Positions 1 through 8,261 of a stretch of 64,000 nt of DNA are shown one piece after another. The notes beneath the pieces are model-generated. The model was not told the origin of the DNA. It did no database searches and saw nothing but the letters and a program-made list of their open reading frames with translations. The stretch comes from Candidatus Eiseniibacteriota bacterium (GTDB lineage Bacteria > Eisenbacteria > RBG-16-71-46). Made by a program: the position numbers and the translations under genes. The DNA lies in NCBI GenBank assembly GCA_044223005.1, contig JBGAML010000012.1, positions 88,392-152,391 of the forward strand. Direction: 5' to 3'. Each line of letters begins with the position of its first letter. The stretch's first letter is position 1.

Positions 1-993
1 GGGCTCTTCCACTCGCCGCTCCACCGCGCGGACCAGGACAGCTTCATGCTCTATCCCGACCGCGAGCTGCCGGCGTTCACCGCCCGCAACCACGTGCCGG
101 ACGACGCGGCGGCGCGTGTGCCGTTGGTCGCCGAACTGCTCGCCGCGGGCGTGGGTTCGGTGCTGGAGCGCGATGCCGAGGGCGTGCTGCGCTTCCACCC
201 CGACTTCCATGGCGCGCCCGACCTCGCGGCCGCGCTCGACCGCCTCGCGACCGAACCGCTCTGGGCAGCCCCGGTCGCGCGCGATCGCGCCGCGATGCTC
301 GAGCTGTTCGAGGCCACGTTCCACCACCGCACGTTCACGGGCCGTTCGGGCACGATGTACGCGTACGAAGGCCTGGGCTCGATCTACTGGCACATGGTCG
401 CCAAGCTGCTGCTCGCGGTGCAGGAGTCCGAACGCGAGGCGCGCGAGCGCGGTGACGACGCGAGCGTGACCGAGTCGCTGCGCCGGCAGTACTTCCGCAT
501 CCGCGAAGGTCTCGGGTACGCGAAGCCCGCCTCCGTCTACGGCGCCTTCCCCACCGATCCCTACTCGCACACGCCCGCCGGCGCCGGCGCGCAGCAGCCC
601 GGGATGACGGGGCAGGTGAAGGAGGAGATCCTCACCCGCTTCGGCGAACTGGGCCTGCGGCTGCGCGAGGGTCTGGTCGCGTTCGAGCCGGTGCTGCTGC
701 GGCGGGAGGAGTTCCTCGCCGAGCCGGCCCCGTTCGCGTACTTCGACGCCGGCGGCCGGGCGTGCACGCTCGAGGTGCCACGGGGCGGACTCGCCTTCAC
801 GTACTGCGGCGTGCCGGTCGTCTACACGCGCACGCGCGGCGCGGCCGGCGTGCGGATCACGCGCGCGAACGGCGAGCAGGCCGAGCGCCCCGGGAACGTG
901 CTGCCGGCGGCGGAGAGCGCCGAACTGCTCGCGCGCAGCGGGACGATCACCCGCATCGACGTGGGCATTCCCGAGGACGCGCTGCGCGACTGA
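1..993 (+). CDS. 5'-truncated conserved large hypothetical protein; possible carbohydrate-active enzyme (cellobiose phosphorylase-like)
   Basis: Frame is open from base 1. Conserved-looking blocks YEGLGSIYWHMVAKLLLAVQE, YGAFPTDPYSHTP and QQPGMTGQVKEEIL. Function is a weak recollection. Confidence 0.6.
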   Translation, partial: GLFHSPLHRADQDSFMLYPDRELPAFTARNHVPDDAAARVPLVAELLAAGVGSVLERDAEGVLRFHPDFHGAPDLAAALDRLATEPLWAAPVARDRAAMLELFEATFHHRTFTGRSGTMYAYEGLGSIYWHMVAKLLLAVQESEREARERGDDASVTESLRRQYFRIREGLGYAKPASVYGAFPTDPYSHTPAGAGAQQPGMTGQVKEEILTRFGELGLRLREGLVAFEPVLLRREEFLAEPAPFAYFDAGGRACTLEVPRGGLAFTYCGVPVVYTRTRGAAGVRITRANGEQAERPGNVLPAAESAELLARSGTITRIDVGIPEDALRD

Positions 994-1159
994 GCGGGTG
1001 CGGCCTTGAGCCGCACCCGGCCGGCGCGCCATACTTACCCCCCCTCGCTTCCGCCGGGGTGGGTGCGTCCGCATCCGCTGCGCCGGGGGCGCCGTGCCGA
1101 TCCGTCCTGCGAGCGTGCCGTGAGGCCGTGCGCCGTGGCGGAGCGAGCCAGGAGGTTCC

Positions 1160-1741
1160 GTGTCCCATCCCGCGATCCGGATCGCGCGCCCCGCGGACCG
1201 CGCTGCGATCGACGCCATCTACGCCCACTACGTCCGCACGTCGACCTGCACCTACGACGAGGAACCGCCCACCGACGCCGAGCGCGCGGCGTGGTTCGAG
1301 GCCCACGGACCATCGCACCCGGTGACCGTGCTCGAGCAGGACGGCGAGATCGTCGGCTGGGCGTCGCTCTCGCCGTGGAGAGCGCGGTCGGGCTACCGCC
1401 GGAGCGCCGAACTGTCGGTCTACCTGCGCCCGGACGCCTGCGGGCGCGGACTCGGGCGCACGCTCCTCGCCGACCTCGTCGAGCGCGCCGAGGCACTCGG
1501 CGTCCACGCGCTGATCGGCGGCATTTCCGCCGACCAGGCGCCGAGCATCCGCCTGCACGAACGGATGGGATTCACGCGCGTGGCGCACCTCCGCGAGGTG
1601 GGTTTCAAGTTCGGGCGCTGGCTCGACGTCGTCTACTACCAGCGCCGGCGGGCCGCCCGAAGGCGGCCCGCCGGCGCATCACGGCCTGCGGCAGGGCCTA
1701 CAGCCGCACCATCCGCTCCGACTTCACGCCGAAGGGCGTGA
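1160..1741 (+). CDS. GNAT N-acetyltransferase (phosphinothricin/methionine sulfoximine acetyltransferase-like)
   Basis: GTG start after AGGAGG. Motifs IYAHYV, ELSVYL..GRGLGRTLL, SIRLHERMGF and EVGFKFGRWLDV. Confidence 0.85.
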   Translation: MSHPAIRIARPADRAAIDAIYAHYVRTSTCTYDEEPPTDAERAAWFEAHGPSHPVTVLEQDGEIVGWASLSPWRARSGYRRSAELSVYLRPDACGRGLGRTLLADLVERAEALGVHALIGGISADQAPSIRLHERMGFTRVAHLREVGFKFGRWLDVVYYQRRRAARRRPAGASRPAAGPTAAPSAPTSRRRA

Positions 1742-4286
1742 CGAGCCGCACGAAGTAGACGCCCGAGCGCACGGCGCCGCCGTCGCTCGACCGTCCCTCC
1801 CAGCGCACGGAACGCGTGCCGGCCGCGAACTCGCCGTCCTGCGCCCACACGCGGCGCCCCGAGAGGTCGAGCACCTCGAGCCGCACGTGCGCGTCCCGAG
1901 GGAGCGTGAACGACAGCACGGCCGCGCCGCTTGCCGGGTTCGGCTGCGGACGTGCGAGCGCGAGCGCGCCCGGCCGGTTCGCCGGAGCGTCGTCGGTCTC
2001 GGGGCCGCCGAGCGGCGCGAGCGCGAACGCCCCACCGCCGGTGACCGCGACGTTGTCGATCGCGACCTTGGGCCGCGAGCCCGTCGTGCCGCCCGTGCCG
2101 TTGTGGTAGTAGAACCGGATCCGCGCGCTGGGCGAGTTGCCGAACGACGCCGGCAGCGCGACGCTGGTGATGCTGCCCGAACCGGCGACGTTGTTCGTGA
2201 AGTTGAGCACGTCGGCCGCGGCCAGTTCGGTGAACGTCGCACCGTCGATGCTGGTGTAGACGCGCAGCGAGCCCTTGCGGTCGCCCGTCGAGTTGAACAC
2301 CGTCTGCCAGCTGTAGCTCAGGGTACCGGCGGCGATCCCGGTGAAGTCGAGGAACAGGTCGATCGCGTCGGCGGAGCTGTTGTCGGTCGTGCCCGTCGAG
2401 AGCAGCTGGATGTTGCCTGTGCCCTTCTGGACGCCACCCGTCGTACCGGTCACGAACGTCGCCGTGCTCGCGGTGGTGTGGATGCCGTCCGGGATCGTCC
2501 CCGAGCCCTGCACGGGCACCGAGCCCCAGCGATTCGCGCCCACGCCGCTTGCGAAGTTGTTCGTCCAGTTCGCGATGTCCCCGAAGGCCTCGAGGTAGTT
2601 GCCGCTCGCCATCGGCCACGGCACGGCGGTGCCGTTGCTGAAGCTCGCGCTGAGGGTGTGGTTGGCCTGCACGTTCGTGAACGTGTAGGTCGTGACGGCA
2701 CCGACCGACGCGCCGTCCACGATCACGTTTGCGACGTGGTAGCCGCCGTTGGCCGTGATCGTGAACGCCTGGTTCGCGCCCGCGGTCACCGCGACCGCGC
2801 CACTGGGCGACACCGTGCCGTTGCTGCCGGCGGACGCCGTGATGGTGTAGGTGGTGGCGTTGGCGGCGAACGTCGCCGCGATCGTGTGGCTCGCCGTCAC
2901 GTTGGTGAACGTGTAGGTCGTGACCGCACCGACCGACGCGCCATCCACCGTCACGGCGTTCACGTGGTAGCCCGTGTTGGCGGTGATCGTGAACGCCTGG
3001 TTCGCGCCCTGGACCACGGCGACGGCGCCGCTCGGGCTGATCGTGCCGTTGGTGCCGGCCGACGCGGTGATCGTCCAGCGGTCGATCGTGAAGTTGGCGG
3101 CACTGGCGCCGGCGCCCGAGTTTCCCGCGGCGTCGCGTGCGGTGGCGCGCACGCGCACCGTGGCGCTCGGCGCGTTCGGCACGGTCCAGGCGTACGTGCC
3201 CGTGTTCGAGAGGCCGGTGGCGATCGTGTTCGGGTACGTCGCCCCGCCGTCGGTCGAGTACGCGAGGTCGACGGCCGTCACGCCGACGTTGTCGCTCGCG
3301 GTCCACGTGATCGCGTGCGACGAGCCGGCCTTCCAGGTCTCGCCGCCCACGGGCGACGTCACGCTGACGGTCGGCGCCGTGACGTCACCCGCCGTCCGCC
3401 GCGACGCCCAGAGCGACGCGTTGAGGAACAGCGTGCCGTCGCTCGCGCCGGCTTCCGTCCAGCCGTTGTAGAGCGAGTTGCCCGAGGCGCCGGTGCCGTC
3501 GTCGGCAGGCGAGCTGTCGCCCACGAACACGACGCGCCCGTTGCCGTAGACGGCCGACGCGCACATCACGTTCGACGTGCTCGTCTGGGCGGTCCCGGTC
3601 GTCCACACCTCGCCACGAACGCTGGCGTTGACCGCGGGATAGAGCACCATCGTGGTGCCGTTGTGGTACGCGAGACCCGTGACGTTGCCCACCGGCCCGC
3701 GCGTGATGGAATCGCTGGCCACGGCGCGCACGTTGGTGGAGGTCTGCACGATGTTGTTGTTCGGCTCGCCGCTCACGTTGAAGTGGACGCCCAGCAGGTG
3801 CGTCGGGTCGAGGTTGTTCCAGATGGCCGGGGAATCCCAGCCGTCGCTGTTGCGATCGGAGCCCGTGTGGTCCGAGATCGCCACGAGGCCGCCACCGTTG
3901 GCGAGGAAGCTGAAGATCGCCGACGCCTCGGCCGCGGTGAACACGGTGTTGGGTTCGTCGATCACGAGCAGGTCGTAGTTCGTGAGATCGCGCGCGTTGC
4001 CGGCGTTGCCGTAGGTCAGCGCGCTCGTGTTGGTCTCCACCGTGTAGCCCCGCTGGACGAGGGCGACGCCCCACGCGGACAGAGCGCCGGTCCAGAACGT
4101 CTCGGTACTCGAACCCGTGATGCCGCTCTGCGCCGGCGACGGCGTCGGGAAGTTGTTGTCGATCACCCAGTCGGCGTTACCGGCCTGCTCGGCGTGGGCG
4201 TTGTCGAACAGCGCTTTCTTGGCGGCGAAGGCGGGGGATGCGGCCAGCAGGACGGCCAGCATCGCGATCAGCAGCTTGAAGCGCAT
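1698..4286 (-). CDS. Secreted multidomain protein: GATase1/DUF4350-like N-domain, Ig-like domain, two InlB-B-like repeats, FlgD/T9SS-A-like C-terminal domain
   Basis: Signal peptide MRFKLLIAMLAVLLAASPAFA after a GGAAGG RBS. Motifs LFDNAHAEQAGNADWVID and GRVVFVGDSS. C-terminal PNP...DLSGRRV...WEGR...SGVYFVRL. Confidence 0.8.
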   Translation of the reverse strand: MRFKLLIAMLAVLLAASPAFAAKKALFDNAHAEQAGNADWVIDNNFPTPSPAQSGITGSSTETFWTGALSAWGVALVQRGYTVETNTSALTYGNAGNARDLTNYDLLVIDEPNTVFTAAEASAIFSFLANGGGLVAISDHTGSDRNSDGWDSPAIWNNLDPTHLLGVHFNVSGEPNNNIVQTSTNVRAVASDSITRGPVGNVTGLAYHNGTTMVLYPAVNASVRGEVWTTGTAQTSTSNVMCASAVYGNGRVVFVGDSSPADDGTGASGNSLYNGWTEAGASDGTLFLNASLWASRRTAGDVTAPTVSVTSPVGGETWKAGSSHAITWTASDNVGVTAVDLAYSTDGGATYPNTIATGLSNTGTYAWTVPNAPSATVRVRATARDAAGNSGAGASAANFTIDRWTITASAGTNGTISPSGAVAVVQGANQAFTITANTGYHVNAVTVDGASVGAVTTYTFTNVTASHTIAATFAANATTYTITASAGSNGTVSPSGAVAVTAGANQAFTITANGGYHVANVIVDGASVGAVTTYTFTNVQANHTLSASFSNGTAVPWPMASGNYLEAFGDIANWTNNFASGVGANRWGSVPVQGSGTIPDGIHTTASTATFVTGTTGGVQKGTGNIQLLSTGTTDNSSADAIDLFLDFTGIAAGTLSYSWQTVFNSTGDRKGSLRVYTSIDGATFTELAAADVLNFTNNVAGSGSITSVALPASFGNSPSARIRFYYHNGTGGTTGSRPKVAIDNVAVTGGGAFALAPLGGPETDDAPANRPGALALARPQPNPASGAAVLSFTLPRDAHVRLEVLDLSGRRVWAQDGEFAAGTRSVRWEGRSSDGGAVRSGVYFVRLVTPFGVKSERMVRL
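2638..3078 (-). repeat. Two tandem ~71-aa intragenic repeats (TITASAG.NGT.SPSGAVAV..GANQAFTITAN.GYHV..V.VDGASVGAVTTYTFTNV)
   Basis: Visible directly in the translation and in the DNA (about 2638-2850 and 2866-3078). Confidence 0.85.
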
Positions 4287-4548
4287 CGGGGACCTTCCCA
4301 TCCTGGGGTAGGCATGCGCGGCGCGGCGGCCTCTCCGCCGTCACCGGGGTGCGTGGGGGACCGCTGCGCATATTAGGCAACGCCCGGTCACGCACCCAAG
4401 AACGCGACGTGACGAAGCGGTGACGGCGCAGCGGGAGTTCGGCACCACGTGACACGCCCGAGCGTCGCCGCCGCGGCGCTCCCGCGAGTGAACGCACCGC
4501 GGGCGCGGACCCTGTCGGATCCGCGCCCGCGTCGTGCGTCGGCCGGCG

Positions 4549-6402
4549 TCAGTTGGTGCGGAGGTCGGGGATCGCGCCGGGGGGCGTCGTGTCGGAGGCG
4601 ACGGCGGTGGCGATCGAGACGGTGTTCGAGACACCGCTCGCGTTCCCCGCTTCGTCACGGACGATGAGCGCGAAGTAGTAGGTCGTGTTCGGGCTCAGCC
4701 CGCTCACGGTCACGTTCTCGGTCGCTCCCGACGGCTGCGGCGCGGGCACGCCGCCGTAGGCGGTCGCGCTCGCGAAGTTGCCCGAGGTGATGGGCGACGT
4801 GCTGTATCGGAGGTCGTAGACGCTCGCGATGCCGCTGCCGGCATCGTCGCCGACCGCCGTCCAGCGCAGCGCCACCGTGCTCGACGTGCTGCTGATCGCG
4901 GCCAGCGTCCCGACGGTCGACGGGGCCGACACGTCGGCGGTCGGCGTCCCCAGCGATCCGGCGAAACCGTCCTGCAGGTTCGCCGACTGCGCGGGACTGC
5001 CCGGCAGGAGCGTCGTGTTGAGCGTCGCGTAGCTGGAGTCGGTGAACATCGGCGTGTTCCACGCGGCCTTGCCGGCCTGGCCGAAGTTGCCGCCGCTGCC
5101 CGGGGCGCCCATGGAACCGCCGAAGCTGATCGCGTTCCCGGCGCTGCCGTTGCGGTTGAACACCAGCCCCAGCGAATCGAGGCTCACGCCCGACGCGGGC
5201 ACGCGGATCGATGCGCTCGAACCCGAGCCGTTGGCGGCCGTCGAGTAGAACAGGTTCGAGCTCAGCCGGTTCCCCGACACGTTCGAAGCCGACGAGACGT
5301 CGAACAGCGTCGACGTGGTGCCGTAGAAGGTGTTGTGGCGGACGACCGTGCCCGTGAAGTCCTTGCCGTTGGCGATGAACAGCACCGTCGCGCCGCTCAC
5401 GATGAACGTGTTGAACTCGAGCGTGTCCTGGCGCGAGCCACCCTGCCAGCAGATGCCGCCGTTGCCCACGATCGGGGCGCCGATGCGGATGGTGTTGTTG
5501 CCGAGGTAGTTGTGATTCGTCGACGCGATGAAGCTGCCGTCCTGCGCGAGCCCGAGCGAGATGGTGCCGGGGCCCGACTGCGTGAGCCGGTTGCCGACGA
5601 AGCGGTTGTAGCTGCTGCTGTCGCGGTAGGCCCAGAGCCCCTTGGTGCCGCCGGGCGTCTGGTTCATCACCACGTTCCAGGTGTTGTTCTGGAACGAGTT
5701 GTAGTACGAGCGGTACATCTCGAGCGCGAAGCAGTAGCCGCCGGTCGCGTTGACCGTGAAGTTGAACGTGTTGTTGAAGAAGGTGTTGTACTGGGCGCGG
5801 TAGAACTCGATGAACTGGAAGTCCGTCGCCGCGTTGTGCGTGTAGTTGAACGTCGAGTTCTTGATCAAGTTGCTCGAGGGCCGCAGCGTGCCGATGTCGT
5901 CGAGCATCGTGATGCGATCGTCGACGCCCGTGACCGAGAGACTGTCGTAGACGTTCTCCTTGCCGATGCAGATCAGCCCGCCGTTGGTCACGGTGCTCTT
6001 CACCAGCGAGTCGTACCGGCAGGCGTACCAGCCGCCGCTGCGCAGGTGGTAGGGCGAGCCGATGTTGTTGCTCGACGAGATCCACTTCACGGTGACGTAG
6101 TCGCCGCAGGTGTGGTTCGCGCCGTCGTTCTCGTACCCGAAGAAGATGCCGTTGACGGTCGCCGCCGTGGGATTGGCCTGGTTGCCGTAGTAGTAGATCC
6201 GCGCGCCGGCGGTGCCGTTGTGCTGCGGACGGACGGGCACGGTGTAGGTGCCCGGCCCGACGCGCACGATGTCGCCCGCGACCGCACCCGCGTTCGCCGC
6301 CGTGAGGGTGGCGTCGTTGGTGACGGTCCAAACCGCCGCGGCCGCCTCCTGGGGCGCGAGCGCGGCGAGGACCAGCACGGGCAGCAATCGCTTGAGCAGC
6401 AT
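4549..6402 (-). CDS. Secreted parallel beta-helix (pectin lyase-like) protein with C-terminal FN3 domain
   Basis: GAAGGAG RBS and signal peptide MLLKRLLPVLVLAALAPQEAAA. Motif AVAGDIVRVGPGTY, Asn-rich helix repeats, and FN3 motif LRWTA.GDD...YDLRYST...GLSPNTTYYFAL. Confidence 0.8.
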   Translation of the reverse strand: MLLKRLLPVLVLAALAPQEAAAAVWTVTNDATLTAANAGAVAGDIVRVGPGTYTVPVRPQHNGTAGARIYYYGNQANPTAATVNGIFFGYENDGANHTCGDYVTVKWISSSNNIGSPYHLRSGGWYACRYDSLVKSTVTNGGLICIGKENVYDSLSVTGVDDRITMLDDIGTLRPSSNLIKNSTFNYTHNAATDFQFIEFYRAQYNTFFNNTFNFTVNATGGYCFALEMYRSYYNSFQNNTWNVVMNQTPGGTKGLWAYRDSSSYNRFVGNRLTQSGPGTISLGLAQDGSFIASTNHNYLGNNTIRIGAPIVGNGGICWQGGSRQDTLEFNTFIVSGATVLFIANGKDFTGTVVRHNTFYGTTSTLFDVSSASNVSGNRLSSNLFYSTAANGSGSSASIRVPASGVSLDSLGLVFNRNGSAGNAISFGGSMGAPGSGGNFGQAGKAAWNTPMFTDSSYATLNTTLLPGSPAQSANLQDGFAGSLGTPTADVSAPSTVGTLAAISSTSSTVALRWTAVGDDAGSGIASVYDLRYSTSPITSGNFASATAYGGVPAPQPSGATENVTVSGLSPNTTYYFALIVRDEAGNASGVSNTVSIATAVASDTTPPGAIPDLRTN

Positions 6403-6825
6403 CGTCACTCCTTCAACACCCGCGCCCGGATCCGGACGTCCTCCGGCTCGAGCTCGGTTCCATGCCCGCGTTCGGCGGGTCGCCTGCAGGTCCGCGGAAG
6501 GCTCCACGGAACGCCCGGGCCGCGATTCGGTCCGGCACCCGGGCCTCGACTCGCGTTCCGCCCCGGGCGCCGCGCATCCCAGCAAGTTCCGTGCGTGGCG
6601 ACGTCGGACGTACTACCCGCGACTTAGGCGCGTGCTCCAAGGGATTCGGATGCCGAATCCGTATCACTCCGACAGGCTGGCATGCAATCCGCAATTGCAG
6701 CCTCAGCCCGAGAAAAACGCCCCGACCGCCCGCGCATTCGCACGGACGGCCGGGTCTGCCGCCTCCCCCGAGAGCGGCATGTCGGAGCCGGTGGGCCGCC
6801 GGTGACGCCGGCCCGCCGGGAGCGC

Positions 6826-7488
6826 TCAGCGGCGCACGGACCAGCCGGCGCTGAGCGTCGTGCGCGTACCGTCGCGATTCGACGAGATGGCCACGTTGAG
6901 CGGGACGCGGATGCCGCCGAAGTCCACCGAACGGCCCGCGGCGAAGACGATCGCGCTGCTCGAGCCGCCCGAGGCGTTGACCAGCGTGAGGCTGGGCCCG
7001 ACGCCGAACTCGAAGCCGTTCGCGAACCGGGCGCCGAGCACGACGGTGAGCGACGGGATCAGCTTGCCGTACTCGATGCCGCCGAAGAGCGGGACGACCT
7101 GCGTGAGCAGCTCGGGACCGTCACCGATGGGCGCGACGTGGTGCTCGAACTGCCAGCCGAACTGGCTCATCACGCGGCCGTAGCCGTGGTCCTGCAGCGC
7201 GCGCGCCGCGCGGTCGTTGCCGGGCGCGAACGTGAAGCCGAGGCGCGGGCCGCTCATGGCGCGCTGGACGAGCACCGTCGGCGGCTCGGCGAGCGCGACC
7301 GAACCCGGCACGGGCGAGCCGACGTTCTCGTATGCGGAGATCTGCTGCCCGGTCGTGACGAAGGTCGGGAGCGCGGTGCTGTCGGCCATGGCGGCGGCTT
7401 CCTGGGCATGCGCGGCGAGCGGAGCAACCAGCGCGAGCGTGGCGGCGAGGGCGATGCGGCGGGCGGTGCGAATCGTGTGGAGCGTCAT
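6826..7488 (-). CDS. Hypothetical exported, outer-membrane beta-strand-rich protein
   Basis: GGAGG RBS and signal peptide ending AHA-QE. Amphipathic strands (SGPRLGFTF, SQFGWQFE, FEFGVGPSL) and an aromatic near-terminal strand LSAGW. Confidence 0.7.
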   Translation of the reverse strand: MTLHTIRTARRIALAATLALVAPLAAHAQEAAAMADSTALPTFVTTGQQISAYENVGSPVPGSVALAEPPTVLVQRAMSGPRLGFTFAPGNDRAARALQDHGYGRVMSQFGWQFEHHVAPIGDGPELLTQVVPLFGGIEYGKLIPSLTVVLGARFANGFEFGVGPSLTLVNASGGSSSAIVFAAGRSVDFGGIRVPLNVAISSNRDGTRTTLSAGWSVRR

Positions 7489-7579
7489 GGCGTGGCCTCC
7501 TCGTGGGGCCGCTGGCCTCCGCGTCGCGGAGCGGCCGGCGGGATCGGGTTCGTGTTCGACGTGCACGCCATGCCCCTAC

Positions 7580-7596
7580 CGCAAGGGCAGTGCCGG
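7580..7596 (-). promoter_or_regulatory. Putative sigma54 -24/-12 promoter (CCGGCACTGCCCTTGCG)
   Basis: GG-N10-GC with GGCAC and TTGC cores, about 90 nt upstream of the 7488 start. Confidence 0.6.
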
Positions 7597-7789
7597 AGCC
7601 CGGACGCCGCCGCGCGAAAGCCCGCAACGCGTTGGCCGTGCGGCAGGTGAGCGCGATGCACGCACGCCGCCACCGGGGCCACCGTGGCCGCCGCGGCCCC
7701 GATTCACTTCGCGCGCGTGGAGCCGGCTCCACGCGCGTACAGCCGGGGCGAACGCCGCACTCGTCGTTCGCGGCCGCGCGCCGGGCGCG

Positions 7790-7818
7790 TTGACCTTCCC
7801 GGCGGGGCGCGGTATCCC
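7790..7818 (+). promoter_or_regulatory. Putative sigma70 promoter (TTGACC-N17-TATCCC)
   Basis: Correct spacing, about 100 nt upstream of the DUF2934 gene. Confidence 0.4.
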
Positions 7819-7918
7819 TCAGCCGTCGCGGTATCCACGTGGACCAGCGGACCTCCAGCCCCGAAATCCGGTGGCTCCCTCCCGCCCCGAGACCGCGACG
7901 ATCCTCAAGGAGAGGTTC

Positions 7919-8197
7919 ATGGAACGCCCCGCCAAGACGGCGACCCGCAAGAAGACCACCGCGTCGGCCCCGCGCTCGGCCGCGCCCCGCAAGAAGAAGA
8001 GCACGGCGTCGGACGCCCGGCCCGCCGCGGCCACGACTTCGTCCTCCACGGCCACCGCCGTGGCGACCGAGCCCACGCACGACCAGATCGCGAAGCGCGC
8101 GCACGAACTCTACGAACGCTCCGGCCACCAGCACGGGCGTCACGACGAGTTCTGGCTCGAGGCCGAACGCCAGCTGCGCGACGAGCTCAACCCCTGA
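7919..8197 (+). CDS. DUF2934 domain protein with basic K/A/T-rich N-terminus
   Basis: AGGAGAGG RBS. C-terminal HDQIAKRAHELYERSG..HGRHDEFWLEAERQL is the DUF2934 pattern. Confidence 0.8.
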   Translation: MERPAKTATRKKTTASAPRSAAPRKKKSTASDARPAAATTSSSTATAVATEPTHDQIAKRAHELYERSGHQHGRHDEFWLEAERQLRDELNP

Positions 8198-8203
8198 ACG
8201 CGC

Positions 8204-8234
8204 CGCGCCGCGCGGGGGATCCCCGCGCGGCGCG
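8204..8234. terminator. GC-rich hairpin between convergent genes
   Basis: CGCGCCGCGCGGGG-GAT-CCCCGCGCGGCGCG. Confidence 0.55.
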
Positions 8235-8261
8235 CACGTCGTTCGTCTCGTCTCCGCCGCG

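Noticed and set aside
6582..6692. Sigma54-like elements near 6582-6595 (minus) and 6678-6692 (plus)
   Set aside because: The first has CG instead of the invariant GG. The second points toward no gene start.
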